A stretch of DNA of 64,000 nt from Myxococcota bacterium (GTDB lineage: Bacteria > Myxococcota_A > UBA9160 > UBA4427), in the NCBI GenBank assembly GCA_965250285.1, contig OZ252299.1, positions 3,904,001 to 3,968,000 on the forward strand. Direction: 5' to 3'. The notes beneath the pieces are model-generated. The model was not told the DNA's origin. It worked only from the letters and a program-made list of their open reading frames with translations, and searched no databases. A program made the position numbers and the translations under genes. The stretch's first letter is position 1; each line of letters opens with the position of its first letter. This document shows positions 47,065 to 57,304 of the stretch, in pieces.

Positions 47065-48477
47065 ATGTCGACCGATCATCTCGCCGCTGTCCGCGCCACG
47101 GCCAGGCCGTGCACACGCCGAACGAAGTTGTCGACATCGACCCCGCCGATTCGTGCACACCGATCCCTGATCGTCGTCGCGATCACGTGCGCAGCGCTCC
47201 TCGCCCTCGCGTGCGACGACCGACCCACCCAAGATCCGCAACTCGACCCGCAGCCGCTTGCCAACACTGAGGAAATGCCCGCTCCGGCGTTCAGTGACGC
47301 CGAGCTCGCCCTCCTCGAATCGCTCTCGATTCGCGCTCTGCCGGCGCCGCCACCGAGCCCCTCGAATCGGGTCGCCGACGACCCCGAAGCGATCGAGCTG
47401 GGCCACCGCCTCTTCTTCGATCCGAAGCTCTCGGGCGATGGCCGCATCGCGTGTGCGAGCTGCCACGCACCGGGGCTGCTCTTCACCGACGGCCGACCGA
47501 CCGCCGTGGGCATGGCCGCGACCTCGCGCAACGCGCCGACGGTGGTCGGGGCGGCGCACTCGGCGTGGCAGTTCTGGGATGGCCGCCGCGACAGCCTCTG
47601 GGCCCAGGCGCTCGGCCCGCTCGAAGCCGCCGCCGAGATGGGCACGACCCGCGTGGCCGTCGTGCGGGCGGTCGCGGCCGACCCCGACCTCGCCGCGCGG
47701 TACGAGCGCGTCTTTGGCGCCCTGCCCGACCTCACGGGCCTGCCCGAGCGCGCCGGCCCCTACGGCGATCGCGAGGCGCAGGACGCCTGGTACCGGATGA
47801 GCGAGGCCGACCGCACGGCGATCGACACCGCGTTCGCCCAGGTCGGCAAAGCGATCGCCGCGTATGAACGCCGTCTGCAACCCGGCCCCGCTCGCTACGA
47901 CCGGTGGGTCGCAGCGCTCGGCGCAGGCGACTCGAACCCGCCCGCCGACGCGCGACTCGACGACGAAGAGATCGCGGGCGCTCGGCTCTTCATCGATGCC
48001 GGACGTTCGCTGTGCCTGCGCTGCCACAACGGACCGCAGCTCACGAATCACGCCTTCCACGACGTGGGCACCGCCCTCGGCAATGGTCGACTGCCCGACT
48101 TCGGCCGGTTCCTCGGCCTGCAGGCCGTATTGATCGATCCGTTCAACTGCCTCGGCCCGTACAGCGACGCGCCGCCGAACGAGTGCAAGGAGCTGCGCTT
48201 CATCAACAAGCAGCACGCCGAAGGTGAGATGGGGAAGTTCAAGACGCCGACGCTGCGCGGCTTGCCCCGCACGGGGCCCTACATGCACGATGGCCGGTTC
48301 GCGACACTCGAAGAAGTCGTCGAGCACTACCGCTCGCCGCCGGCGGGCCCCGACACGCTCGAGATCACACCGCTCGACATCGACGACGCCGAGGCGCGGG
48401 CGCTCGCCGCCTTCCTTCGCACGTTCGACGGCGACGTCGCCAGCGATCCGCGGTGGCTGCGCCCCCCGGCGAGCTGA
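47065..48477 (+). CDS. Di-heme cytochrome c peroxidase / MauG-superfamily protein, probable lipoprotein
   Basis: LGHRLFFDPKLS...IACASCH, RNAPT, QFWDGR.DSL..QA.GP...EM, CLRCHNG and FKTPTLR....TGPYMHDG motifs. Lipobox LALAC. Start uncertain. Confidence 0.92.
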   Translation: MSTDHLAAVRATARPCTRRTKLSTSTPPIRAHRSLIVVAITCAALLALACDDRPTQDPQLDPQPLANTEEMPAPAFSDAELALLESLSIRALPAPPPSPSNRVADDPEAIELGHRLFFDPKLSGDGRIACASCHAPGLLFTDGRPTAVGMAATSRNAPTVVGAAHSAWQFWDGRRDSLWAQALGPLEAAAEMGTTRVAVVRAVAADPDLAARYERVFGALPDLTGLPERAGPYGDREAQDAWYRMSEADRTAIDTAFAQVGKAIAAYERRLQPGPARYDRWVAALGAGDSNPPADARLDDEEIAGARLFIDAGRSLCLRCHNGPQLTNHAFHDVGTALGNGRLPDFGRFLGLQAVLIDPFNCLGPYSDAPPNECKELRFINKQHAEGEMGKFKTPTLRGLPRTGPYMHDGRFATLEEVVEHYRSPPAGPDTLEITPLDIDDAEARALAAFLRTFDGDVASDPRWLRPPAS

Positions 48478-48505
48478 CGCGAGCGGAGCAGGTGAAGCGG
48501 CTGGC

Positions 48506-49384
48506 TCAGGCCCCGCGGGCCTCCCCGGCCTTCGCGGCCTTCTCTGCAAAGGCTTCGAGGCGGTCGAGCCCGCCGTCGCCCGCGAAGAAGAAAGCCGGCA
48601 CGAGCGCGCGAGCGACCCCCACGTCTTCGAAGCGCTCGATCCCGGCTTCGGGCTCCATGATGTCGATGAAGAGCGCGTGCAGGGCCACCTCGGCGCGCGC
48701 GCGATCGGCCTGCTTGCACGCGTCGTCGAGGGCCCGGGCGCGATCGGCGAGCTGGGCGGGATCGGTCGTCCCGGGGAAGTAGCCATCGCCGCGGCGCACG
48801 GCACGGCGAATCGCGGCTTCGGTGTCGCCGCCGACGAGCACGGGGATCCGACCGGCCGCCGGCCGCGGGCTCGACGTCACGCGGTCGAACGAGACGAACT
48901 CGCCATCGAAGCTGGCCGCCGAATCAGCCCAGAGGGCCTGCATCGCGTCGAGGTACTCGTCGGTGCGCGCACCGCGTCGCGGCCAGTCGACGCCGAGCGC
49001 CTCGAACTCTTCCTTCATCCAGCCGACGCCGATGCCGAGCTCGACACGACCGCCGCTCATGCGGTCGAGCGTCGCGAGCTCCTTGGCCAGGATGAGCGGA
49101 TTGCGCTGGGGCACGATGAGAATGCAGGTACCGAGGCGCAGCGTCGGCGCGGCGGCGGCCACGTAGGCGAGCCAGATGAGCGGGTCGGGCACCGGCGTGT
49201 CGTGGTCGCCCGGCGCCGCGCCGTCGGCCGTGTACGGGTAAGGTGACTCGATCTCGACGGGCCGAATCACATGCTCGCCCCCCCACACCGAGTCGAAACC
49301 GAGCGCCTCGGCCCGGCGGCAGAGTTCCAGAGCATCGGGGCCTTCGATGGCGATGCTGCTTCCGAATGCGAGGCCGAACTTCAT
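48506..49384 (-). CDS. LLM-class (luciferase-like) F420-dependent oxidoreductase
   Basis: AEALGFDSVWGGEH, DPLIWLAYVAA, RNPLILAKELATLD.MSGGR.ELGIGVGW.KEEF motifs. Confidence 0.9.
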   Translation of the reverse strand: MKFGLAFGSSIAIEGPDALELCRRAEALGFDSVWGGEHVIRPVEIESPYPYTADGAAPGDHDTPVPDPLIWLAYVAAAAPTLRLGTCILIVPQRNPLILAKELATLDRMSGGRVELGIGVGWMKEEFEALGVDWPRRGARTDEYLDAMQALWADSAASFDGEFVSFDRVTSSPRPAAGRIPVLVGGDTEAAIRRAVRRGDGYFPGTTDPAQLADRARALDDACKQADRARAEVALHALFIDIMEPEAGIERFEDVGVARALVPAFFFAGDGGLDRLEAFAEKAAKAGEARGA

Positions 49385-49562
49385 GCGAGGGTCCTTCGGT
49401 CGTGGCGGGGGACGTCCAGCGAGACGTTCCCGCCCGGGGCGCGGGCGCGCAATGCGATCGAGAAGTGCGCGGATGTCCGATCGCTGCGCAGCGGCGCGTC
49501 ACGGACATGCAGCCCGATATCGAATCGCGTCGCCGAAGGGCGTCGCGCGCCGCCCTCGCGCG

Positions 49563-50348
49563 TCAGAGTACGCCGCCGTCGATGCGCAGCAGCGCGCCGG
49601 TCGTGTAGCTCGAGGCGTCGCTCGCGAAGTAGAGCGCGGCGCCCACCACTTCGTCGGGCTCGCCATTGCGCTGCAGTGCCGCGCGCCGCGCGGCGTAGGC
49701 CTTCATCTCGGGCGTCCACGCCTTCGAGATGTCGGTGAGGAACGCGCCCGGTACGATGCAGTTCACGCGCACGTTCGGACCGAACGTGTTGGCCATGCCG
49801 AGCGTCAGCGCATTCAACCCGGCCTTCGCCGCACCGTAGGGCACCTCGGCCGCGCTCGGGCTGAATGAGGCGATGCTGCTGACGTTGATGATCGAGCCGT
49901 TGCCCTGCTCGGCCATGTAGGTCCCGGCGAGCGCCATCAGTCGAAACGGCCCCTTGAGATTCACGCCCAGCACCTTGTCGTACAGCTCCTCGCTCACCTC
50001 GGCGATCGACGGATAGAGCGGCGACATGCCCGCGTTGTTGACGAGCACGTCGATGCGACCGAACCGGTCGAGGGTCGCGTTCACGAGCTTCTCGCAGTCG
50101 GCCCACTCGCCGGCGTGAAACGCGACCGCCAGGGCCTCGGTGTCGTAGCGCTCGGTGATCTCGGCAACAAGCGCCTCGCACTGGTCTGCCTTTCGACTCG
50201 CGACGACGACCCGGGCCCCCTGCTCGGCAAAGGCGAGGCACATCTCGCGCCCGAGACCCCGGCTGCCGCCGGTGACGATGGCCACCTTGCCCTCGAGACC
50301 GAAGATCGCTTTGGCGTCGTAGCGCTCTGCGGGATGCGCGTCGCTCAT
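49563..50348 (-). CDS. Short-chain dehydrogenase/reductase
   Basis: TGGSRGLG, NNAG and YGAAK motifs. Confidence 0.93.
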   Translation of the reverse strand: MSDAHPAERYDAKAIFGLEGKVAIVTGGSRGLGREMCLAFAEQGARVVVASRKADQCEALVAEITERYDTEALAVAFHAGEWADCEKLVNATLDRFGRIDVLVNNAGMSPLYPSIAEVSEELYDKVLGVNLKGPFRLMALAGTYMAEQGNGSIINVSSIASFSPSAAEVPYGAAKAGLNALTLGMANTFGPNVRVNCIVPGAFLTDISKAWTPEMKAYAARRAALQRNGEPDEVVGAALYFASDASSYTTGALLRIDGGVL

Positions 50349-50391
50349 GGGGCTCCTCCATCCATCGCCGGCGTGCAGCGTCGCCGCCGCA

Positions 50392-51402
50392 TCAGTCGTC
50401 GCCGACTTCGATCATCACCTTACCGGCGATCGACGCATCGCGGGCGACCTCCAGTGCTTCGTCGAAGCGCTCGAGCGGAAAACGGTGCGTGATCATCGGC
50501 GAGAGATCGGCGCGAGCGAGCACATCGACGCCCCGGCCGAACTCGTCGGGATACTCCATCGCGCCGCTGATCTGCAGCTCGCGCATCAGCACGAGCAGAA
50601 AGTTCACCTCGACGGGCTGGCGGTGCAGCGCCACGATCGACAATCGCGCCCCACGTCGCGCGCCGCCGATCACCTGCTGGATCACCGCGGGCGCGCCCGA
50701 TGCCTCGACATACACGTCGGTCGCCGGCACCGGGCCGCCGAAGAAGAGCGTTTCGCCGTGCAAGCCACGCAGCTCGGCGAAGACGTCGACCGCGCTGGCG
50801 TCGAGCGTCGCTCGCGCGCCGAGCCTTTCGGCCAACGCCAGACGTTGGGGCGAGAGGTCGACCGCGACGATGTCTTCGCAGCCGAGGTCGCGCAGCGACG
50901 CGACGGCCGATAGCCCGATCGGACCGGCGCCGAAGACGACCGCCTTCTCGTGGGGCTCGAAGCGCAGCTTGTCGACCGCGTTCATGCCCACCCCGAGCGG
51001 CTCGGCGAGCGCGCCCACCTCGAAGGACATGCCGTCGGGGAGCCGGTGCAGGCGGCCGCTGTCGGCGTGGCGCACGCGCAGGCGCGGCGCGAAGCCGCCG
51101 TCGGGGTGGCCGTTGCCGATCACGCCGCCGTCGGGGTCACGCGGATCGAGCGCGACCCGGTCACCCACGGCGATCCGCTCGACGCCCGGGCCCACCGACT
51201 CGACGACCCCCGCCAGCTCGTGCCCGATCGCCATCGGCTCAGGGCCGGGCCCCGCCACGCCGCCCAGGGCGATGTAGCCGAGGTCGCTCCCGCAGATGCC
51301 GCAGGCGCGCACGCGCACGATCGCCTCACCGGGCCCCGCCACCGGCTCGGGGACGTCGTCGAGCCGCACGTCCCCCGGACCGTGGATACGCGCTTGAATC
51401 AT
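50392..51402 (-). CDS. Zn-binding (MDR) dehydrogenase lacking the structural-Zn lobe
   Basis: CGICGSD, GHE, LAEPL and GAGPIG motifs. No CxxCxxC cluster. Confidence 0.9.
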   Translation of the reverse strand: MIQARIHGPGDVRLDDVPEPVAGPGEAIVRVRACGICGSDLGYIALGGVAGPGPEPMAIGHELAGVVESVGPGVERIAVGDRVALDPRDPDGGVIGNGHPDGGFAPRLRVRHADSGRLHRLPDGMSFEVGALAEPLGVGMNAVDKLRFEPHEKAVVFGAGPIGLSAVASLRDLGCEDIVAVDLSPQRLALAERLGARATLDASAVDVFAELRGLHGETLFFGGPVPATDVYVEASGAPAVIQQVIGGARRGARLSIVALHRQPVEVNFLLVLMRELQISGAMEYPDEFGRGVDVLARADLSPMITHRFPLERFDEALEVARDASIAGKVMIEVGDD

Positions 51403-51509
51403 CTCGCTCCTCCCTCGGCCGGCGTGCGGCGGCGCCCTCATGCCGCGCATGCGCCCGGTCGCGCTGCGTCGGGGCTCGCCCCCGGAACCGCGGCGAGCCC
51501 GCCGCGGCC

Positions 51510-52259
51510 CTACTTCGCCATGAAGCCGCCGTCGACGCAGAGCGTCTCACCGGTGATGAACCGCGCCTCTTCGCTCGCGAGAAAGAGATAGGCCGGCGCG
51601 ACCTCGTCGGGCTCGCCCCAGCGCGCCATCGGCACGCGTTCGAGCTCGGCCTTCTCGATCGCCTCCATGCCGTCGAGCTTCATCGCCGCGGTCATGCCCG
51701 TCTCGATCAGGCCCGGCGCGACCGCGTTCACCCGCACGTTGTCGAGCGCCCAGGCCGCGCCCATGTTGAGCGTCATCTGCACGAGCCCCGCCTTGGCCGC
51801 GCCGTACCCCGGCACGATGGGCACCGCACGATACGCCGACATGCTCGTCGTGTTGACGACGCTGCCGCCGCCGCGCAGACCACTGGCGGCGAGCTTGGGC
51901 TTGAGCCGCGTGGCCAGCGTGAAGGCACTGACCAGGTGCATCTGGAGCGCCTGCGCGAACGTCTCGGGCTTCCACTCGTCGAGGGCGATCAGGTTGCCGC
52001 CGGCGTTGTTCACGAGGACATCGAGCGCATCGATGCCGTCGGCCAGCGCCTCGAGCTGAGACGAGTCGGTCATCTCGGCGGCGCGATACGTGAACCGCGA
52101 CAGGTCGACGTCGTACTCGGCCGCCGCCGCACGCCGGCCCGTCACGGTCACGTCGGCGCCGGCATCGGCGAACGCGGTCGCCACGCCGAGGCCGATCCCC
52201 GAGCTGCCACCGGTCACGAGCACTTTGCGCCCTGTGAAGTCGAACCGGGTCGTCGCCAT
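51510..52259 (-). CDS. Short-chain dehydrogenase/reductase
   Basis: TGGSSGIG, NNAG, YGAAK and VNAVAPG motifs. Confidence 0.93.
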   Translation of the reverse strand: MATTRFDFTGRKVLVTGGSSGIGLGVATAFADAGADVTVTGRRAAAAEYDVDLSRFTYRAAEMTDSSQLEALADGIDALDVLVNNAGGNLIALDEWKPETFAQALQMHLVSAFTLATRLKPKLAASGLRGGGSVVNTTSMSAYRAVPIVPGYGAAKAGLVQMTLNMGAAWALDNVRVNAVAPGLIETGMTAAMKLDGMEAIEKAELERVPMARWGEPDEVAPAYLFLASEEARFITGETLCVDGGFMAK

Positions 52260-52328
52260 CCGTCTGCTCTCCGTTTCTCGGTACGGCTCTTCGAGGGATC
52301 TACCGCTCGAGAGTGATCGGCCGCCGGT

Positions 52329-53579
52329 TCAGTCGACCTCGATGCGCACGGGGAATCGCTCGAGATAGAAGTCGAAGCCCTCGCGCACCTTCGCCGGCTC
52401 GGCACCGAAGTCGGCGCGGAGGTCGTAGACCACTCGTCCGTGCTTGCCGCGACCGTGATCGTCGAGGTGCGCCCGGATCTCGGCGCGCGCCGCGTCGTTC
52501 ATCTCGAGGCCGGCCACGTCGTAGATGCGCTCGACCATCGCGAAGTCGTCGGCCATGAACTCGTGGAAGAGGACGTCGATCGTTCGATCCTCGGGCAGCA
52601 GATGCCGGTCTCGCACCGAGGCCTCGAGCAGCTGACGCATGCGCCGGGTCCAGTAGTCGAGATACCACTCGGGATCACTCGTCCTGTAGCTCATGCGCGA
52701 GGCGTAGCAGGTCATCGTCGCCGCCGATTGAATCACGGCGACCGGGTCGCGATGGGTGACGGCGAACGTCGCGTCGAGAAACGTCTCGACCAGCGGGCCG
52801 AGCTGCTCGAGATGCTGCGGGCACTTGAGCACCCAGCGATCCCGCGGCATGGACCACTGCAGGATCTTCAGCCCCGTCTTCATGTACTCGTAGTGGGGCC
52901 GCTGATCGTGGGCGAGGTAGTAGTCGACCCACTTCGGCACGCGGCCCACCCACTCCTGGTTGTAGCTCGAGAAGTCGGGCAGCATGAGCTCGAGCTCTTC
53001 GTGCACGTGGTCGGGGTTCATGGGATGCATCGCCGAGATGAGCGGCGACATCGCCTGCATCTGCTCCCACGCCTGCTGACAGCGCGCAAAGCGCGGGTCG
53101 TGCTCATCGCGGGTGGGGTTCTCCTCGGCGACCGGCGCCTGCCCCTCCCAGAGCGGCATCGAGCGAAGCCGCCCATCGGCGGCGATCAGGTTGACCAGAT
53201 GCGTCGTCCCCGAGCGCGGGAGCCCGACGACGATGATCGGCGCCGGGATCTCGACGTCGTGAATCTCGGGGTGCGCCTTCAGCAGCGCATGAATGCGCAG
53301 GCGATTCGACGCGTACCGGACGCAGTCGTTGAAGACCATCAGGCGGCCAAGCTGAGTCCGGTCGGGGTCTTCGTCGGGCTCCGAAAGCCAGAGACCGAGT
53401 CGCTCTTCGAAGTCGTCGGGACCGAAGTCGTCGAGCCCGGTCGCCTGCGCGGCTGCGTCGAGCACCGCACCGACGCTCAGATCGAGCTCGAGGGTCTCGC
53501 CATAGGCCAGCGCGGCCTTCTGGGCGTCGCTGAGCTCGGGATTCGCGAGGTCGGTGATGCGGATGACGTCACCCGCCAT
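52329..53579 (-). CDS. Sulfotransferase family protein
   Basis: GLPRSGTT (5'-PSB), WVLKCPQH and THRDP...S (3'-PB) motifs. Confidence 0.9.
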   Translation of the reverse strand: MAGDVIRITDLANPELSDAQKAALAYGETLELDLSVGAVLDAAAQATGLDDFGPDDFEERLGLWLSEPDEDPDRTQLGRLMVFNDCVRYASNRLRIHALLKAHPEIHDVEIPAPIIVVGLPRSGTTHLVNLIAADGRLRSMPLWEGQAPVAEENPTRDEHDPRFARCQQAWEQMQAMSPLISAMHPMNPDHVHEELELMLPDFSSYNQEWVGRVPKWVDYYLAHDQRPHYEYMKTGLKILQWSMPRDRWVLKCPQHLEQLGPLVETFLDATFAVTHRDPVAVIQSAATMTCYASRMSYRTSDPEWYLDYWTRRMRQLLEASVRDRHLLPEDRTIDVLFHEFMADDFAMVERIYDVAGLEMNDAARAEIRAHLDDHGRGKHGRVVYDLRADFGAEPAKVREGFDFYLERFPVRIEVD

Positions 53580-53760
53580 GGGCGTCCCTCCCTGATCGCG
53601 CACAGGACCGGGACCACGCCCGGCACGGCACGATAGTCCATCCCCGGCGCGTGCATTCGACGCCGGTGGGCTCGGGGTCGGGCGGATGCTTCCTCACCTG
53701 TTCAGCGAGGGCGCTGCTGGATCGGGGCGTGGCGTCGACGCAGCACCGCCCGGCCGGCGC

Positions 53761-54699
53761 CTAGGCCGCGACGCCCGCGCGGCGGTCGAGCTCGGGCACG
53801 GCGCGCCGCACGACATCGAGGTAGCCGTGGGCGATCGAGTCTTCGTAGCCACGGAAGAACCCGCGCTCGACGAGCAGCCGATGGAAGCGCGGCAGGTTGT
53901 AGGTCGGCACGCCCGCCACGAAGTGGTGCTCGAGGTGATAGTTCACGTGATTGGGGCACAGCACGAGCCGCTCGAGCGGGTGGGCGATGGTCGTGCGCGT
54001 GTGCAGCCGCGGGTCGGGATCGTAGAGGTTCGTGACGTGACCGTGCTCGGCCACCTGGCGGATGCGCGCGAAGAGCGGGTAGGTCGTGACGTACGCGGCG
54101 ACCCACAGCAGAAAGAGCCACGGGTGACCGAACGCCGCGAGAACGCCAAAGAGGAAGGCGTTCGCGATCAGACCGTGCAGCCGCGACGCCGGCTTCTCAC
54201 CCTTGCGCATCATCAGGTCGGCGCTCTGACCGCTGAGCGTCCCGATCAGGTTGCGCATCCCGGTTCGCCCTGTGAGGTCCCGCTTCAGCTTGCGCAGAAA
54301 GCTCGCCTTCGAGATCGGGTACGCCTCGTAGTTCGGTAGATCGGGATCCTGCCCGGAGCCCGCGTGTCGATGGTGTTCCCGGTGCGACGCGGCGTACGCA
54401 TCGGCGTCGGCGAGGATCGGATGCGCAAAGAGCCACTGGCCCAGCCAGCCGTTCAGCGCGCGCGTCTCGAAGAGCGTCTGGTGACCCGCCTCGTGCATGA
54501 GGATCGCGAGCCCGAGCTGACGCCCCCCGAGCACGATGATGGCCCCGACGATCGTGAGCGGATTCGTCCAGGTCGCCACGACCCAGAACGTGAGGGCGAT
54601 GAGACCCCAGTTGAACGCGACGACGCCCGCCGCCTTCGCGTCACTGCGCGCGGTGAGCGAGCGAATCTCGTCCTTCGTGAGCCAATCGGTGACCTTCAT
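53761..54699 (-). CDS. Membrane fatty acid desaturase family protein
   Basis: His boxes HEAGH, HREHH and HLEHH with TM segments. GGAGG RBS before ATG 54699. Confidence 0.9.
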   Translation of the reverse strand: MKVTDWLTKDEIRSLTARSDAKAAGVVAFNWGLIALTFWVVATWTNPLTIVGAIIVLGGRQLGLAILMHEAGHQTLFETRALNGWLGQWLFAHPILADADAYAASHREHHRHAGSGQDPDLPNYEAYPISKASFLRKLKRDLTGRTGMRNLIGTLSGQSADLMMRKGEKPASRLHGLIANAFLFGVLAAFGHPWLFLLWVAAYVTTYPLFARIRQVAEHGHVTNLYDPDPRLHTRTTIAHPLERLVLCPNHVNYHLEHHFVAGVPTYNLPRFHRLLVERGFFRGYEDSIAHGYLDVVRRAVPELDRRAGVAA

Positions 54700-57145
54700 C
54701 GGCCGGCCTCCCTGCAGCGTCGCTCCGCGCCGCCGCCCCGTGACCAGAGGGTACCGAACCGGCCGCCGGCGCCGGGGCGGCCGGATACACGAGCACGTGG
54801 TCGAGCCCAAGCGCGGTCGTGCCCGCAGCAACAGTGAAGCGAAGCCGAAGCTCGCTCGGCGCTTCGAGCGCGCCCCAGCGAAGCGGCAGCCGCACCCCTG
54901 CGGGCTCGCGGGGCCGCTCGGCCCAGGGCGTCCTGTCGATGATCGACAGCCAGGGACCGCCTGAGGCCGTGCGCGCCTCGACTGCCACCGACTCGACCTG
55001 GCCGGCCGCCGCATCGAGGCCGAGCACGATCAGGTCGTGTGAGGCCGGGTCGAGAGGCAGATCGGCAGGCGAGCTCACGGTCAGCCGGTTCGACCCCGTC
55101 TCGGGTACGAGTTGCCACACGCCCCGCGTCGGCGTCGCGTGCCCCCCGCCATCGATGCGCCAGCCGTCGTCGGCGGCGTGCCGAAAGTCTCCGAACGTGT
55201 AGAGGATCGCACCGCGCGGCAGGTTCGCGCGCTCGTCGAGGAAGAACCGGATCGCGTCTTCGAGCGGGGTGCGACGCAGCGCCATGAACGACACGAAACC
55301 CGGGTGATCGGGGTGATCCCCGTTGATGCCGTTCCACGCCATGGGCGAGACGAAGCCCGCACCGTAGTTGAAGACGTCGCGCAGGGCGCCGTAGTCGACG
55401 CCGTAGCCCGGTACGATGTCGGGCGCGTGCAGGTCGGCCGTGTGGAACTCGACGATGGCCCAGCCCGGATCGAACGCGCGCAGGGTCGCGAACAGACTGC
55501 GACCGTTCGACATCTCGACGCGGTTGGTCGCGCTATCTCCATACAGGATCGCGCCGATGTGGCCGTCGCGGGGCAGCGCGCCTTCGAGGGTCATGCCGCC
55601 CGCGTCGTAGTTGACGATGCGGTCGTCGAGCGTGATCGGGAACGGTTCGATGAGCCCGCTGCGGGGCGAGAAGCCCTGCGACGAGTAGATGCGATCCCGT
55701 GCAATCCCGGCTTCGTGCGTCCACGTCGAGAGCTCGTCGTAGTGGAGGTCGACGAGATGGCGCCGAAAGCGCTCCCACACCTGGAAGTGCGGCACCTTCC
55801 AGAACTCGACGAGACGCGCATCGGCGAGCCGCGGGCCGTCGACCTCGTCCCATGATGCAAACCCGGTCTCGGCGCGAGCGTTGAACGCTTCGAGGCTCAG
55901 GGCAACGTCGCGGCGATACGCCGACAGATCGGGCTCGCCTTCACCCAGATACGGGCCGTCGCCGCGCAGCCAGTGCCTGAACTGTCGAAGGGTGTCAGGG
56001 TTGTAGTCATACCACTGCCTTCCTTCGAAGAACGGATTCACGTAGACGTCGGGGTCGAGGTTCACCCCGACGAAGAGCTCGGGATGCGCCGCCGCGAACC
56101 CGGCGACCCACGACGCGGCAGCCTGGAGATTGCGCTTCTTGTAGCGCCGCACGTCGGTCGCGAAGACGTTGAGCGTGAGCGAGCGGGCCAGCTCGACGCC
56201 CCCGATGGCCGAGGGCAGCCCCGGGTCGTCGTCGGCGAGCACCTGGTCGAGCTGGTTCCACTGGCAGTGGGCGGGCTCTTCTTCGAGATGGTCGGTGAGA
56301 TCCCACTCGGGCGCGGTGCCGCGGGCATCGCCCCAGACGCCGCCGTTCAGCGTAAACAGAACGGGCACTTCGTGGCCGGTCGCCCAGGCGGCCGTCTCGA
56401 CCAGCGAATCCTCGGCGACGGGCACCGCGCCGCGCATCCGCGTCGTGTCGAAGTCGGGGTCGAAGACCCAGTCGGCGGCGCGCCCCTGCGTCGTGCGCAT
56501 GTAGAGCACGGGGATGCGCATGCCGACACGCAGGGTCTCGCTCTCGTGCGCGGCAAACTCGGCCTTGATGCCCTCGGCCCCCCCGGTCGGCAGCGAGCTC
56601 GTCGCAAAGAGCACGTAGAAGCGCTCGCTTGCGAGCCCCGGCCGCTCTTCGAGGAGCCGGCGCCAGCGGTTGCGCTGCGGCCCGATGGCGAGCGGCTGCC
56701 CCAGCCGCGTCTCGTTGCCGGCGAGGTCGGTCACCACGACGTCGACGTGACTCGATCGCAGGGCGAGCAGGTCGGCGTCGACCCGCGCATCGAAGCCGGC
56801 GTGCATGCTGCCCGGCACGCCCGGATGCACGCGCGCAACGTCGGCCCGTTCGATCCCCGTTTCGAGGGGCCAGCGCGTGCCGTCACCGGCGACGAGGTCG
56901 ACACGGGCGACGCCATCGGGGTCGAGCGCCCAGCCCGAGATGCGATCGCCGACCGCGTCGAGCGAACGCGGCGCCGGGGTGTCGAGATAGCCGAAGCTCG
57001 CGCGTTCCGCCGGAGCAACGCTCGCTTCAACCTCGACAGGTGACGCGTCTTCAGAAGACGGGGGCGGGGGCGCGAGCGGAGTGACGGGCTCGGTGACGTC
57101 CGTACAGCCGACCGCCGTCGCGAGCAGCGCGACGCCGATGCGCAC
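54641..57145 (-). CDS. Hypothetical lipoprotein with probable glycoside-hydrolase-like TIM barrel
   Basis: Lipobox AVGC, Pro-rich linker, a GYLDTP...ISGWALD...RADVA...GF beta module, then YDYNP..LRQFR.WL and WERFR motifs reminiscent of GH42-like proteins. The 3' end overlaps the desaturase start by 59 nt. Confidence 0.55.
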   Translation of the reverse strand: MRIGVALLATAVGCTDVTEPVTPLAPPPPSSEDASPVEVEASVAPAERASFGYLDTPAPRSLDAVGDRISGWALDPDGVARVDLVAGDGTRWPLETGIERADVARVHPGVPGSMHAGFDARVDADLLALRSSHVDVVVTDLAGNETRLGQPLAIGPQRNRWRRLLEERPGLASERFYVLFATSSLPTGGAEGIKAEFAAHESETLRVGMRIPVLYMRTTQGRAADWVFDPDFDTTRMRGAVPVAEDSLVETAAWATGHEVPVLFTLNGGVWGDARGTAPEWDLTDHLEEEPAHCQWNQLDQVLADDDPGLPSAIGGVELARSLTLNVFATDVRRYKKRNLQAAASWVAGFAAAHPELFVGVNLDPDVYVNPFFEGRQWYDYNPDTLRQFRHWLRGDGPYLGEGEPDLSAYRRDVALSLEAFNARAETGFASWDEVDGPRLADARLVEFWKVPHFQVWERFRRHLVDLHYDELSTWTHEAGIARDRIYSSQGFSPRSGLIEPFPITLDDRIVNYDAGGMTLEGALPRDGHIGAILYGDSATNRVEMSNGRSLFATLRAFDPGWAIVEFHTADLHAPDIVPGYGVDYGALRDVFNYGAGFVSPMAWNGINGDHPDHPGFVSFMALRRTPLEDAIRFFLDERANLPRGAILYTFGDFRHAADDGWRIDGGGHATPTRGVWQLVPETGSNRLTVSSPADLPLDPASHDLIVLGLDAAAGQVESVAVEARTASGGPWLSIIDRTPWAERPREPAGVRLPLRWGALEAPSELRLRFTVAAGTTALGLDHVLVYPAAPAPAAGSVPSGHGAAARSDAAGRPADEGHRLAHEGRDSLAHRAQ

Positions 57146-57304
57146 GAGCGTCCGTCCCGTGGCGGCCCTGCACCCGCGCCCTGCCCGCTCGTCGCTCAAG
57201 CGACCGATCCCCCTCGAGCCGCGGCCGCGTCGGGCGCGCTCGGCGCACACAGGGTACGCCAGCCACGCCGCTCGGCGTGCGGGGCGTTCGGTGCGGCCGA
57301 GCGC

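Noticed and set aside
53580..53760. GC-rich intergenic stems here and at 6683-6837, 11881-12128 and 49385-49562 as possible tRNA (including selC) or riboswitch
   Set aside because: I could not recognise a cloverleaf, T-loop/CCA arrangement or known riboswitch consensus. An Infernal/Rfam scan would be needed.
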